A stretch of 64,000 nt of DNA, taken from positions 49,042,001 through 49,106,000 of the forward strand of contig NC_043014.1 in NCBI RefSeq assembly GCF_006345805.1. Direction: 5' to 3'. Under the pieces are notes generated by a model. It worked only from the letters and a program-made list of their open reading frames with translations. It did no database searches and had not been told where the DNA came from. This DNA is from Octopus sinensis. Its lineage: Eukaryota. The translations under genes and the position numbers were made by a program. Position 1 is the stretch's first letter. The number at the start of each line of letters is the position of its first letter. Positions 1 to 13,718 of this stretch are shown piece after piece.

Positions 1-2273
1 GACTCAGTCGAGGACTGTTTGGCTCTCAAAGATCTCAGTGCTAAAGGAGTAGACGTTGTCAGAAGATTTCAATGGGGAACCAAAAACGAAATCTATGTGT
101 ATGTATAAAAGTGTAAGTTTATGTACACATGGGTTAATGCATATATGCACGTAAGCCAGTACCGCCTGACTGGCCCCCAAGCCGGTGGCACGTAAAAAGC
201 ACCCACTACACTCTCGGAGTGGTTGGCAGTAGGAAGGGCATCCAGCTGTAGAAACTCTGCCAGATCAAGATTGGAGCCTGCTGCAGCCATCTGGTTCGCC
301 AGTCCTCAGTCAAAATCGTCCGACCCATGTTAGCATGGAAAGCGGACGTTAAACGATGATGAACGATGATGTGTGTGTGTGTGCATATATACGGAGGTAC
401 ATGGCCTGGTGATACTAATTATTGCACTAACAATCACAAGACCAGGGTCTTGACACCCAGACCAGGGAGCGTGTTGTGTTCTTGAGCAAAACCATTTCAC
501 ATTGCTTTGCAATCACTACGTGGTGCACCATACACCTGTACAGGTAGTGTCCATTTGACAAAGGGAGTGAGCTAACATACAGCACAAACACTTGATCACT
601 GTAAACAGATCATCTATGCAGGTTGTCCCACAAATTGCAGAACCCTCATCTATCATTTACAACAGGAGAGTCTGCCACATACATTCATGTGTGTAAGTGG
701 ATGTGTGCATGTGTTAGTATATATGTGTACATGTTTGTAGGTATATGTATACATACGTGTATGAGAAGGAATGGAAGTGTACTTGTGTTTAACTCAAAAA
801 AAACAGAGGCTTTGCCAAAATTCAGTGATAGAAACCAGTTAAATTTTGTTCCAGAACTAAAATAATTGACTTGTTGTTTTCTAAAAGTGAGAGAGAAAGA
901 CAGGCATTTAATTAAGCTAACAAAGAGAAATACCGAACATTTAGAAATTGACAGAAGGATCCAAATAAATGTCTTTTATCTGGAAACAATTTTTCACATA
1001 CTTTTTAATGGTTTTGTCTTAGATACGAAGGATATTCAAACATGGTTTACCCTTTACCATTTAAACTGGCCCAAATATTCTACCTGTTTTATGTTCAAAC
1101 TGGCCAGATTCAGCCTCTCACACCTACCCTTTAATGTCAAAAATAAACAATCATACGTGGCTGAAGCCAGTGCCACCTTGACTGGCTTCTGTGCCGGTGG
1201 AACGTAAAAAGCACCATCCAAACGTGGTCAATGCCAGCACCACCTTGACTGGCTTCTGTGCTGGTGACACATAAAAAGCACCCACTACACTCACAGAATG
1301 GTTGGCGTTAGGAAGGGCATCCAGCTGTAGAAACACTGCCAGATCAGACTGTAGCCTGGTGCAGCCTCCTGGCTTCCCAGACCCAGGTCCGTACTAGCAC
1401 AGAAAACGGACGTTAAACGATGATGGTGATGAACAAATATTTCAAAGCTAGAAGATAATGCATGTTAATATAAAACAATGTAAAGAACATAAGCATTGCA
1501 TTGACAGAGTAAACCGAATGCTAAAGGATGAAATACACTAATGTCTGTGGAATTTTCAGCCACTACAATGAGTAGGAAGTTGTCATTGATCAACCATTTA
1601 CCAAAATAGTGCAACAAGATCCATGCATATGACAGAAGCTGGTGACAGACAATTACTGCCTGGTCTGTCACCAGGTACAATAGTCTAGACATTGTCAAAT
1701 CTGAATTCTTTCAGTTGTCAACAGTTGAACTAGTAACGTCCATAGTCAAACTTTTGTTGAAAATTGTTTGAATGAAATGGGCCACCACTCTTACACACTC
1801 ACACACCCTTATTTGGGTGTGTATGTATAAAATGTAAATGTATAAGCATACCGATATGCCTTTTGTATACCAGTGCATTTTAATTATAAAATAAGGTGAC
1901 TAATTTATCACTATTTATGGCCCAATAATAAAGTTACTTCAAACTACTACAGCTGACTCAATGTCAGGTACAACCTTGAGTTTCAACAACCTTTTTATGT
2001 TACCCATAATTTTTAACAGAGCATCTAAAACTGAAAGGGAGGGATTAAATTTTTTCAAACAACAAACTGAGCCCAAATACAACAACAGAACAGACTGTTA
2101 CAGGCCCTCATGGACCATGCAATAGTGTTGAACCAGGCTATAGGTTAATCCTACCATCCTATGTGGTACTTTATCAACTCCCGGAAATACAAAAGGCAAA
2201 ATTGATCTAGGTGGGATTTGAACCCAGAACTCAAAACACATTCCATCCAATGCTCTCATAACTCTTATTCTGT

Positions 2274-2657
2274 GGGGTTGCAATGGCCCAGTGGTTAGGG
2301 CAGCGAACTCGCGGTCGTAGGATCGCGGTTTCGATTCCCAGACCAGGCGTTGTGAGTGTTTATTGAGCGAAAACACCTAAAAGCTCCACGAAGCTCCGGC
2401 AGGGGATGGTGGTGATCCCTGCTTTACTCTTTCACCACAACTTTCTCTCACTCTTACTTCCTGTTTCTGTTGTACCTGTATTTCAAAGGGCCGGCCTTGT
2501 CACTCTCTGTGTCACGCTGAATATCCCCGAGAACTACGTTAAGGGTACACGTGTCTGTGGAGTGCTCAGCCACTCACACGTTAATTTCACGTGCAGGCTG
2601 TTCCGTTGATCGGATCAACCGGAACCCTCGTCGTCGTAACCAACGGAGTGCTTCCAC
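2274..2657 (+). mobile_element. SINE family C (tRNA-Arg-like head), tail type 1
   Basis: GCAATGGCCCAGTGGTTAGGGCAGCG...GGTTTCGATTCCC head; the same tail occurs at 42100-42280 and, inverted, at 29955-30135. Confidence 0.8.
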
Positions 2658-5207
2658 CAACTCTTATTCTAAATGGTATTGTCATACTGTTCAACAAATT
2701 TTAGGGTGAATGAACTGCAGTAATAGGGGTCAGTTTAGAAAGCTCTCTCACAACAACAGTAACAAATACAGTTTGTATGCTTGGAATTAAGCATTGAATT
2801 TGGGGAGCAATTTTTGGAAATGAGATGAGGGCCCTAGCAAAAAGATATTTCTACCCATCTCTTGCCCCTTCTCTCCTTTGCATCATAGGAATTGCGTTTT
2901 CTCAGCTGATTTTTTTTATCTGGCCATGAAGAAGTGTGTAAACGTATTTCAAATTCTTAGGATTCAGCTTCAGAACTGTTTTTAAGACTTCAATCAGAAG
3001 GAACAGCAGTGGCTATGACCCCTTTTTTTGTAAGACTACCAAGACTGATGGGGACTAGGGAGAGGAGAGACCAGGACTCAGGGATTGCTATAAGAAAAAG
3101 TAACATCATGATATTTTGTTATCTTCACACTTGCTTCAAATATTTCAACACGAAACAAACTCTGTTCAGGGCACCCAAGGGCCAATCAATTATGTTACTG
3201 TTTCTTTTGCTGAATTGCTAGGTTACTGTAACATAAACAAACCAACAGTGGTTGTCAAGCTGTGATGGGACACACACACACATGATGGGCTTCTTTCAGT
3301 TTCTGTTTACCAAATCCACTCACAAGGCTTTGGTTGTCCTGAGGTTTACAGTAGAAGACACTTGTCAAAGGTGCCACCCAGTGGGACTGAACCCAGAACC
3401 ATGTGCTTGGGAAACAAGCTCTGTACCATATAGCCACTCTTTTATTCCTTTTGAAACACAAAGGTATGTAAAGCCATCTAAAACGAGAAATGTTACCTGA
3501 CAAACTCAGTATGGATACAGGTATCATCATGTTCAGTCTATAAACAGAGAACACGTGCAGCCTCGCCAAAAGACTCAAATGGTTTTCATTTCCCAATTTC
3601 AGTCACAAGGTTCAAGTTGACACAAGAGTAAAATGCAATGGGACTGATCTTGAAACCATGGGATTACAAAAGCAAGCTTTTTAGCAACACGATAATACCT
3701 GTATCCATACCAAATTTGTCAGGTAACATTTCTCGCGTTAGGAGGCATTACATACCTTTCTGTTTCAAAAGGAATAAAAGAGTGGCTATATGATCAGAAG
3801 CTTGCTTCCCAACCACATGGTTCTGGGTTCAGTCCCACTGGTTGGCACCTTGGACAAGTGTCTTCTACTATAACCTCGGGCCAACCAAAGCCTTGTGAGT
3901 GGATTTGGTAAAGAGAAACTGAAAGAAGCCCATTGTGTGTGTGTCTGTGTGTCCCACCACAGTTTGACAACCAGTGTTGGTTTGTTTATGTCACGGAAAC
4001 TTAGCACTTCAGCAAAAGAAACAGAGTAAGTATCAAGCTTAAAAGAAAAAAAATATATATATATATATATATATATAAAGTTAATCCAAACAAGAAAGCA
4101 CAAAAAAAACACAATGCGAGGACATGGAACAAATATAGTATCATTGGACACTCAGGAAAGAAGGAGGGTTTAACGTTTTGAGCGGAGCTCTTCGTCAGAA
4201 ACATAGGAGAAGGGAAGACAGAGGGAAAAAAATCGCCAATGGTACACACGCGGTCACATTTTGAATGACTGATTAAAAGAGAGAGAAGGTATGTGGCCTT
4301 TTGATCATAAAGTCAAAGGTTGGATTCCAAGACTGGCCAATACCTCTCCGGTTGCAAGGCGGCGAAATACTTAGCAGTATTTTGTCTGTTTTTTATGTTG
4401 AGTTCAAATTCCGCTGAGGTCGACTTTGCCTTTCATCCTTTCAGAGTTGGTAAATTAAGTACCAGTTGCATACTGGAGTCAATCTAATCATCTGGCCCTC
4501 TCCCCCCAAAAATTTCAGGCCTTGTGCCTAGAGTAGAAAGGAATATCTCCCCAGTTGCTCCAGTCTCAGCCTGCTCAAGATTACATCACAAGCATAAAAA
4601 AAAGCAAAAACAAACAACTAATGACAGCACAGCACAGCACATGCTATCAACTTGTCCTCACTTGTAATTCAGAGCAAGAGTTTATTTTTAGGATGCTATA
4701 CAAGAGTAATTTGGTTACTATTTTGGAAAAAGAAGAAGAAGAAAAAATAAAACAGAAGACAACTGCTGGCAACTATACAGCAGAGTTTTATATAAAAAGA
4801 TTACACCACCAATAATTTATGGAATATAACCATGGAAACCAATATAGAATATGAATAACAAAACTATAACCATGACAGTATTCATTCCAAGCTGTCGTTC
4901 CTCGGCTTTAAAAGTATACAAAAGTTTTCTTTTGCAAATGAAGATATTTCGGTGCAAAATTAAAGAGAAATGGCTAAACTACTGAGACAGAAGTTTTACA
5001 AAATTTGGAATATTGAGTTGATTTTTTTCTATAAATATTATTATAGATGCAGGAGTGGCTGTGTGGTAAGTAGCTTGTTTACCAACCACATGGTTCCAGA
5101 TTCAGTCCCACTGCGTGGCACCTTGGGCAAGTGTCTTCTACTATAGCCTCGGGCCGACCAAAGCCTTGTGAGTGGATTTGGTAGACAGAAACTGAAAAGA
5201 AGCCCGT

Positions 5208-5239
<32 letters not shown>

Positions 5240-7319
5240 GACCCCCCAGTTGAACCGTCCAACCCATGCTAGCATGGAAAACGGACGCTAAATGATGATG
5301 ATGATGATGATGATATATATGCATTTGTGTGTCTGTGTTTGTCCCCCTAGCATTGCTTGACAACCGATGCTGGTGTGTTTATGTCCCCGTAACTTAGCGG
5401 TTCGGCAAAAGAGACCGATAGAATAAGTACTGGGCTTACAAAAAGAATAAGTCCCAGGGTCGAGTTGCTCGATTAAAGGCGGTGCTCCAGCATGGCCGCA
5501 GTCAAATGACTGAAACAAGTAAAAGAGTAAAGAGTATTAAAAGGTTTGACCAAGTGACTGTTCTGTTAAACATGATCATATAATTTCCATTCATGACCAT
5601 CACAACTTTATATTCAAGACTGTAGTTATCCAACGTGTCTTTAGACTTTTAGGAAAGCTGAGATATAATTCGAGGGATATTCGGTTGCTATTTCTCGCAA
5701 CCATTTCTAGAGGCTCTCTCTGTATGGTTTGCAAACCCACACAATGTTATATAAACACAGAAAAATACAAACACATCACACCGGTTTTCTAATTATCATC
5801 GACAAGGTGCGAAACACTATATTAGTTAACTTCACACCTTTGGATAACGCAATTTGGAAACAAAAACAAAAATGGAATAAGTATAGCCATGACTAGAACG
5901 TCAAATGTTGGTCAGTCGGTGATTAACAAGCAAACCTATTCATCACCACTGACAATATACTTTGCAAGCCAACGGGTGAACTCTTACGTGGTTGCATGGA
6001 ATGCTAGAGATAGTAATCAAATTGCCTTCAGGTCAGACCTGACCGAATTAAAAAAACAGGTTGGATGATCTGTTTCCAGATTTCCTTCAAGTACAAAAAA
6101 AAAAAGGAGGAGGAGTGATAGTCACGACTGGAATGCTTTTGAACATGTATGTCCGCTCTAGGGTTGAGCTGAGACTAAACAGCACTTAAATACTTAAATA
6201 GAATGACGGAACAAAAATATTCAAATATTTTCAAATTCCCTCCAGCTATCATTTACATTTACATACACTACCGATTGAAAACTGGTGTTGGTTTATTTAT
6301 GTCCTCGAAAGCTTAAAACTGTTCGGCAAAATGAAATCGATAGCACAAATACCAGTACAGTTGTCGAATTGCTTGACAAAAATATTTGAAGGCGGTGCCC
6401 CGCCATGGCTGCACTGCTATGACTGAAATAGGTAAAAGACCACACACATACACACACACACACACGGTTGGTTAGCTATAGAAAGAAATGTTTAAAACGC
6501 AGCAAGTGAAACAAGCCTGTCGATGTTAAAGGCCAATACTAAAATTAACTGAGGAGGCAAGTGTAAAAACGAACACAAAAAAACAAAACTCTTAAAAAGT
6601 AGGTTTTATACATTAAGGAACAAGAAATAACAAGAAATGACAAAAAAAAAAATACTAAAAAGTGTCAAATACTCGACAACTGACTAAAAACCGGTTTGGG
6701 AGAAGCAAAGGACAAATGACAAGAATTAAAACTAAATTAGGAGTGTAAATGGTATGTATGATATGAACATGTGTGTTTTTATACATTCAGACATATATAT
6801 ATAATATATAGCCATACAAAGCAACACAAAATATATCCATACACACTAACATATTCATGGGTATAGACACATCCATATATATATAAATTCATATCTCTCT
6901 CTACTTATATATACATGTACACATACATATATATATATATACACTCTTTACTCTTTTACTTGTTTCAGTCATTTGACTGCGGCCATGCTGGAGCACCGCC
7001 TTTAGTCGAGCAAATCGACCCCGGGACTTATTCTTTGTAAGCCCAGTACTTATTCTATCGGTCTCTTTTGCCGAACCGCTTAGTGACGGGGATGTAAACA
7101 CACCAGCATCGGTTGTCAAGCAATGCTAGGGGGACAAACATAGACACACAAACATACACACACACACTTATATATATATACACGACAGGCTTCTTTCAGT
7201 TTCCGTCTACCAAATCCACTCACAAGGCACAGAAGACACTTGCCCAAGATGCCACACAGTGGGACTGAACCCGGAACCATGTGGTTGGTTAGCAAGCTAC
7301 TTACCACACAGCCACTCCT

Positions 7320-7323
7320 ATGC

Positions 7324-7354
<31 letters not shown>

Positions 7355-8264
7355 CATACATATACATACATACATACGTACATATATATACAAACATATA
7401 TAAATACATACATATACATACATACATATATAAATACATACATATACATACATACATATACATATATAAATACATACATATATAGATACATACATACATA
7501 TACATATATAAATACATACATACATATACATATATAAATACATACATATATATACATATATAGATACATATACATATAGATACATACATACATATACGTA
7601 TATATACATATACATATATATAGAGTCACATACATATATGTATATATACATACACATGTATATATACACACACATATATATATACATATATATACATATA
7701 CACATATATATATACATATATATACATATACACATATATACATATACACATATATACATATACACATATATACATATACACATATATATATACATACACA
7801 CATATATATATATACATACATATATATATATACATACATATACACATATATGCATACATACATATAAGTACATATATATATGCACACATATATATACGCT
7901 ATATATACAGACATATATATGCTCATATATATATACACATGTATACATACATATATATACCTATGTACATACCTATATACATACATACACATAAATATAT
8001 ACACATACAAATACATATATACACATGTATATATACATATTCATATATATGTATACATACATATATACGTATACATACATATATACGTATACATACATAC
8101 ATATACATACATATATATCCATATATGTATGTCTATAAATACATACACATATATACATAATACATATAAACATACATACACACAAATCCATACGCGCATC
8201 CACACACACACACGCGCGCCCACACACACACGCGCGCGCATCCACATATATACATACACATATC

Positions 8265-8295
<31 letters not shown>
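7320..8295. repeat. Compound (TA/CA)n microsatellite
   Basis: TACA/TATA units over ~1 kb; source of the many YI/YM ORFs. Confidence 0.95.
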
Positions 8296-9154
8296 AAACA
8301 AGGAGAAAGAGAGACTTTCCATTTATAATTTAAAAGGTTAGCGTCAAAACTCTAGTTTCACCGGCATTAATCACATGATTTGGACACTGAGCCGAATGTG
8401 GTTGCATTTTCGAGTCATCTCCCATCTTTCTCTCTTATACCTTTTATATAATCGAGAGAGAAAAAAAGCTAAAGAAATATCGGTTTCCTGTCATCAGTGA
8501 ATAAAAAGAAAAATAAAAGAGACAAACCACTGTAACATACACTATTATTATTATGTTTTTTAATCATGTGTCAGCCCTTGTGGCCAATAAAAAGAATTAA
8601 TTATTATTATACATATAGATAGATATTACGTATATATATAGATAGATAGATATTATATATATATAGACATTATAATATCTTACCATTTTTATCAATAATT
8701 ATATATATATATATATATATACACATTATATATATATATATGTATGTATGTATATATATAATCTCCGAAGGATTGCCTATGTATCTTTAGGCTGTCCTAT
8801 TGTCTTTCAGTCGTTAGACTGCGGTCATGCTAGTGCACCGCCTTGAAGGGTTTAGTCGAACGAATCGACTACAGTACTTTCTGAAGCATGATACTTCCAT
8901 CAATCTCTATGCCAATCCGCTAAGTTATGAGGACGTAAACATATCAACACCGGTTAAACAAGCGGTGATGGTGGACAGATACGACGGTCTTCTTTCAGTT
9001 TCTGTCAACCAAATCCACTCAAAGTTTTGGTCGACCCAGGGCTACAATAGCCATCGCTTGCCCACGGTGCCATGCGGTGTGACTTGAACCTGGGACCAAG
9101 AGGTTCAGAGGTAAGCTTCTTACAATACAGTCACACCTGCTCCTAAAAAATTGC

Positions 9155-9231
9155 CTCCCAGGCGAGGAATCGAACCAGTGTCCTGCGTGACAGGCGAGAA
9201 CACTTACCACTCTATACTTATACTACGAGTA
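9155..9231 (-). pseudogene. tRNA-Asp(GTC) pseudogene in USP15 intron 1
   Basis: Minus strand TACTCGTAGTATAAGTATAGAGTGGTAAGTGTTCTCGCCTGTCACGCAGGACACTGGTTCGATTCCTCGCCTGGGAG aligns to metazoan tRNA-Asp; anticodon loop CTGTCAC, B box GGTTCGATTCC, T6 terminator at 9150-9145; AGTATA duplication and stem mismatches. Confidence 0.8.
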
Positions 9232-9606
9232 CCCACAAATATGAAGTATATTCACGTGAAACGAAGCACTGAGTAAGGCTAGACATTATTGATATCGATG
9301 GAGATCGATCAGAAGACTTGAATCATTTCTAAAGGGAGGGTGAGAGAACGAGAGAGCGAAAGAGATTCGGGAAAGAGGAATTCTTCTAGAAGAAACCTCG
9401 AAGATAAATAAAACGAAAACCTGTTAGTCCGGAATGTCTATCTAGATAGATTATGAGTGAAAAAGAAGACACACACACAACTATTTCTACTAAATGATCA
9501 AGCACCTAGTTCAGATTAAGAATAACATTCCGCCTAGCTATTACTATCTCTCTCTCTCTCTTTCACATACTATACATCACATATATATATATATATATAT
9601 ATATAT

Positions 9607-9644
<38 letters not shown>

Positions 9645-10384
9645 CTATCGATATAATGTGACATTTCAGAAGACAGTGTGTGGACCAGGCAATTAATTAA
9701 GTGCATTTACACTTGGCACGAGGATGGCGGCTCTGGCAGCCATATTCCTGGTGGGATTTAACCGAAAATAAAACAGTACACACACATTCCTCCGTGTCCA
9801 CTACAATAGGAGGCAAAAAAAAAAAGAAATCAACACACCATACACACACACATATATATTATATATATATATATACATACAAACACACTCATACACAATA
9901 CATATTATACTATATGTATGTGTATATAGAATTCGCATTGCCTGCCACCACCGACAAGACTTCGAAGTCACAGTCGAGAAATTATAATAGACTAATTATT
10001 ATATTACATGTATTGAATCATTTATTCAATCGGTCAATCTTCGTATAATTAAAAGCATACACACATATATTAGACAAGCACTTTGATGAAAAATACCCTG
10101 CTCTATGTGTTATCTAGTTTGGTTACCAAAGTGTATGTGTGTGTGTGTGTGTGTGTGTGATAATACATCTTAGATTTCCAGGCATGAAAATTGAAAAGCA
10201 ACATTTTTCAAATTGAAAAAAAATAGCATTAAAAATAAATGATGAATTAATCGATTGTCCTTCCGATGAGCATTGAATAAAAAAAAATGGAATAAAAGAA
10301 ACACCCGAGGAGGGAGTGGAAGGGGGGGGAAAACATCACAACCAGTGAAACAATTCGATGACGTTATTTCCTCGGACGTGGTAA

Positions 10385-11372
10385 AGACTATAGTGATGAT
10401 GGTAGACAGTGGCGATGATGCTGGCGGTGGTGGCAGAGATGATGATATGGGGATGGTTATCATATTGATGGTGGTCGTCGCCGTCGTGACAGTGATGGCG
10501 GTGGTGATGATGGTGTTGGTGGTAATGGCGGTGGTATGTAATGGCATTGATGGCGATGGTGGTGGTGGTGGAAGTAGCGGTGGTGATAGCATCAATAATA
10601 ATAGTGATGATGATGGTGGTAGCAATGGTGATGGCAGTGGTAATGTAGTGGCATTGATGGCGATGATGGTGGTGTGGGGAAGTAGCGGTGGTGATAGCAT
10701 CGATAATAACAGTGATGATGATGATGGTGGTGGTGGTAGCAATGGTGATGATAATGGTAGTGATGGTGGTGATGATGGTGTTGGTGGTAATGGCGGTGGT
10801 ATGTAGTGGCATTGATGGCGATGGTGGTGGTAGCATCGATAATAATAGTGATGATGATGATGATGATGATGGAGGTGGTGGTAGCAATGGTGATGATAAT
10901 GGTGGTGATGGTGGTAATGGTGGTGGTATGTAGTGGCATTGATGGCGATGGTGGTGGTGGGGAAGTAGCGGTGGTGATAGCATCGGTAATAATGATGATG
11001 ACGATGATGGTGGTGGTGGTGGTAGCAATGGTGATGATAATAGTAGTGATGATGATGGTGGTGGTATTGGCGGTGGTGTGTAGTGGCATTGATGGTGATG
11101 GTGGTGGTGGTGGGAGGGGGGTAGCAATGGTGATGATGATAATGGTAGTGATGGTGGTGATGATGGTGTTGCTGGGTAATGGCGGTGGTATGTAGTGGCA
11201 TTGATGGCGATGGTGGTAGTGGTGGTGGTGGGGGGAAGTAGCGGTGGTGATAGCATCGATAATAGTGATGATGATGATGGTGGTGGTGGTGGTAGCAATG
11301 GTGATGATGATAATGGTAGTGATAGTGATGATGATGATGATAGTAATAGTGATGATATAACGAGTGGTTATC

Positions 11373-11402
<30 letters not shown>
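10385..11402. repeat. GGT/GAT triplet-based higher-order minisatellite followed by (GA)n
   Basis: Recurring blocks GGTATGTAGTGGCATTGATGGCGATGG and GAAGTAGCGGTGGTGATAGCATCGATAAT, ~120-130 bp spacing. Confidence 0.9.
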
Positions 11403-11406
<4 letters not shown>

Positions 11407-11867
11407 GAAATATAAACTACAATAGTATTTATCCTTGCTAGCAAGAAACGCCGAAACTTCGGAATTTCTTATCAAAATAACAAAAAAAAAGAATCCACAG
11501 AATCTTTCTAGAAATAAATAACAAGCTAATTGATAACAATAACTACTCACTATTTTATTAATTACTTAGCTTCAATACTTTTTTTTAAGTATATCTAACG
11601 GACGAGGTGTTAATTTAATTTAAACGCTTTTATTTTCATTTTCGTTATTGTTTTGGATCATATTTTTCATTTCGCCTGATATTTCCCCAAAAAATAATAA
11701 ATATTAATAATAATAAAAGGGAAATATCAAATGTTTAGCCATAAGACAGAGCTGTCTTTTTTTTATTTTTTCCCTTTTTGAGACTCTTATACACATTTCT
11801 GTTCATGTCATATTACATATATAACAGATATGCCGGATTCACATGAAAATGTGTTCTTGGAACACAT

Positions 11868-11926
11868 TTGTGTATGTATGAGCTATATATATATACATGA
11901 ATGCTATATATAATACATAATCATGG

Positions 11927-11959
<33 letters not shown>

Positions 11960-12200
11960 AATTATATATATAATATATATATATATATACAAATTAATAT
12001 ATAATATATATATAATATACAAATTATATATATATATATATATACAATTGTGTATGTATGAGCTATATATATATACATGAATGCTATATATAATACATAA
12101 TCATGCGTTATTATATATATATATAATATACAAATTATAAATATATATATACATATAATTTGTGTATGTATGAGCTATATATATATATATATATATGTAA
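11868..12200. repeat. TA-rich tandem repeat
   Basis: TTGTGTATGTATGAGCTATATAT occurs three times. Confidence 0.8.
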
Positions 12201-12354
12201 ATTAATATGTTACCATTATACAATAGTCAAGATAAAACTCTGAGTTTCAGATGCCGAAGTGGAAATCCACAACACCATCTCTTCGGTTATCTGGCTATCT
12301 TACCGTTTTTACAATATATATATATATATATATACATACATACACACACGAATG

Positions 12355-12387
<33 letters not shown>

Positions 12388-12723
12388 CATAATACACATC
12401 CATGCGTTATATATATATATTATATACAAATTATATATATACAATTTGTGTATGTATAAGCATATATATATATATACATGAATGAATGCTATATATATAT
12501 ATGTATGTATGTATGTATGTATATATGTGATATATATGCGCGCACACGTAGGATATAGTATGTACAGTATGTATGATATAACCTCAACTACAATCATTGA
12601 AGCTATGAGGAAGGAGGAGGGGGGCGAAGACACAACAGCAGAAATATACGGCATTTAAAACTGGAAAAAAGCTACGTTAAACGACATAAATCGCCGGACA
12701 ACAGTCGAAGCCGGATTACTTAC

Positions 12724-12812
12724 CAGGTATCGCCCTTCTTTAGTACAGTTTTCAGTAAGTTATCGATCTCTTTCTTCTGAGTTGCACAGTCAGGAGGACC
12801 ACCTTCCGCCAT
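12724..12812 (-). CDS. USP15: USP15/USP4-family deubiquitinase, coding exon 1 (start of DUSP domain); rest of gene apparently beyond left edge
   Basis: Minus strand reads MAEGGPPDCATQKKEIDNLLKTVLKKGDT-TG|GTAAGT, matching human USP15 N-terminus MAEGGAADLDTQRSDIATLLKTSLRKGDTW; AAAATGG Kozak context; perfect donor. Exon 2 (YLVDxxWFKQWKKY) not found by eye in 1-12723. Co-ortholog of vertebrate USP4/11/15. Confidence 0.9.
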
Positions 12813-12950
12813 TTTCCTCCTGTCTCAATGTGGAAAAGAGGCTCGGCCGATGTCTCAGAAAGAGGCTTGTGCTACTACTGCTGCTGCTGCCACTGCTGCT
12901 GCTGCTGCTGATGCATTTGCAACTAATCAAACAGAGAAGAGTTGACTCGC
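12813..12950 (-). promoter_or_regulatory. USP15 5' UTR/proximal promoter with (CAG)n tract
   Basis: Interrupted (CTG)n at 12878-12910 on + = (CAG)n on the sense strand; AAAATGGCGG YY1-like motif overlaps the start codon. Confidence 0.5.
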
Positions 12951-13091
12951 CTATATGTATGTGTATGTGTGTCTGTGTGTGTGTATAGAACTATATGTGC
13001 ATATGTAAGTATATGTGTGTGTGTATAGGCCGATCAAACATTAAAGAGCAGCCCTGCTATCTGTTCTATCTCTTCTATGTAGTTGTGTGTA

Positions 13092-13506
13092 AGGCGGCAA
13101 GCTGGCAGAAACGTTAGCACGCCGGGCGAAATGCTTTGAGGTATTTCGTCTGCCGTTACGTTCTGAGTTCAAATTCCGCCGAGGTCGACTTTGCCTTTCA
13201 TCCTTTCGGGATCGATTAAATAAGTACTAGTTACGCACTGGGGTCGATATAATCGACTTAATCCCTTTGTCTGTCCTTGTTTGTCCCTTCTGTGTTTAGC
13301 CCCTTGTGGGTAGTAAAGAAATAGGTATTTCGTCTGCCGTTACGTTCTGAGTTCAAATTCCGCCGAGATCGACTTTGCCTCTCATCCTTTCGGGGTCGAT
13401 TAAATAAGTACCAGTTACGCACAGGGGTCGATACAATCGACTTAATCCCTTTGTCTATCCTTGTTTGTCCTCTCTGTGTGTAGCCCCTTGTGGGTGGTAA
13501 AGAAAT
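13092..13506 (+). mobile_element. SINE family B tandem dimer (head GGCGGCGAGCTGGCAGAAACGTTAGC; tail ...GTAGTAAAGAAATA)
   Basis: Pol III-like head, B box GAGTTCAAATTCC, core GCCTTTCATCCTTTCGGGGTCGAT; second unit starts at GGTATTT. Confidence 0.85.
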
Positions 13507-13718
13507 ATATATATATATATATGTATAGGCCGATCAAACATTATCTGTTCTATGTAGTGTGCGAGCAAAGTTTGTGAGAGGGCGATCAAACCACAAGATA
13601 AACTATTATCACACTCTTTTCTACTCCCCCCTTCCTCTCTTTTTACCTCTTCTTCTCCGTCTCTGTGTTGGAATTCGGCCTTGTGAAAGTAGTCGGTTCG
13701 ATCCTAAATGCTAAATCT

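Noticed and set aside
2280-2345. tRNA-like heads (also 26010, 34795, 41970)
   Set aside because: They continue into SINE bodies and lack complete cloverleaves, so they are not tRNA genes.
7116-8341. Many overlapping Y/I/M/C/V-rich ORFs (also 49805-50420 and 57070-57933)
   Set aside because: Translations of TA/CA microsatellites; no domain or splice context.
10170-11444. 424-aa His/Pro-rich ORF and overlapping ORFs
   Set aside because: Product of a triplet minisatellite inside USP15 intron 1; open in several frames at once.
1-12723. Searched for USP15 exon 2 and later exons
   Set aside because: No YLVD..WFKQW-like frame with splice sites seen by eye; probably outside the window. A spliced alignment would be decisive.
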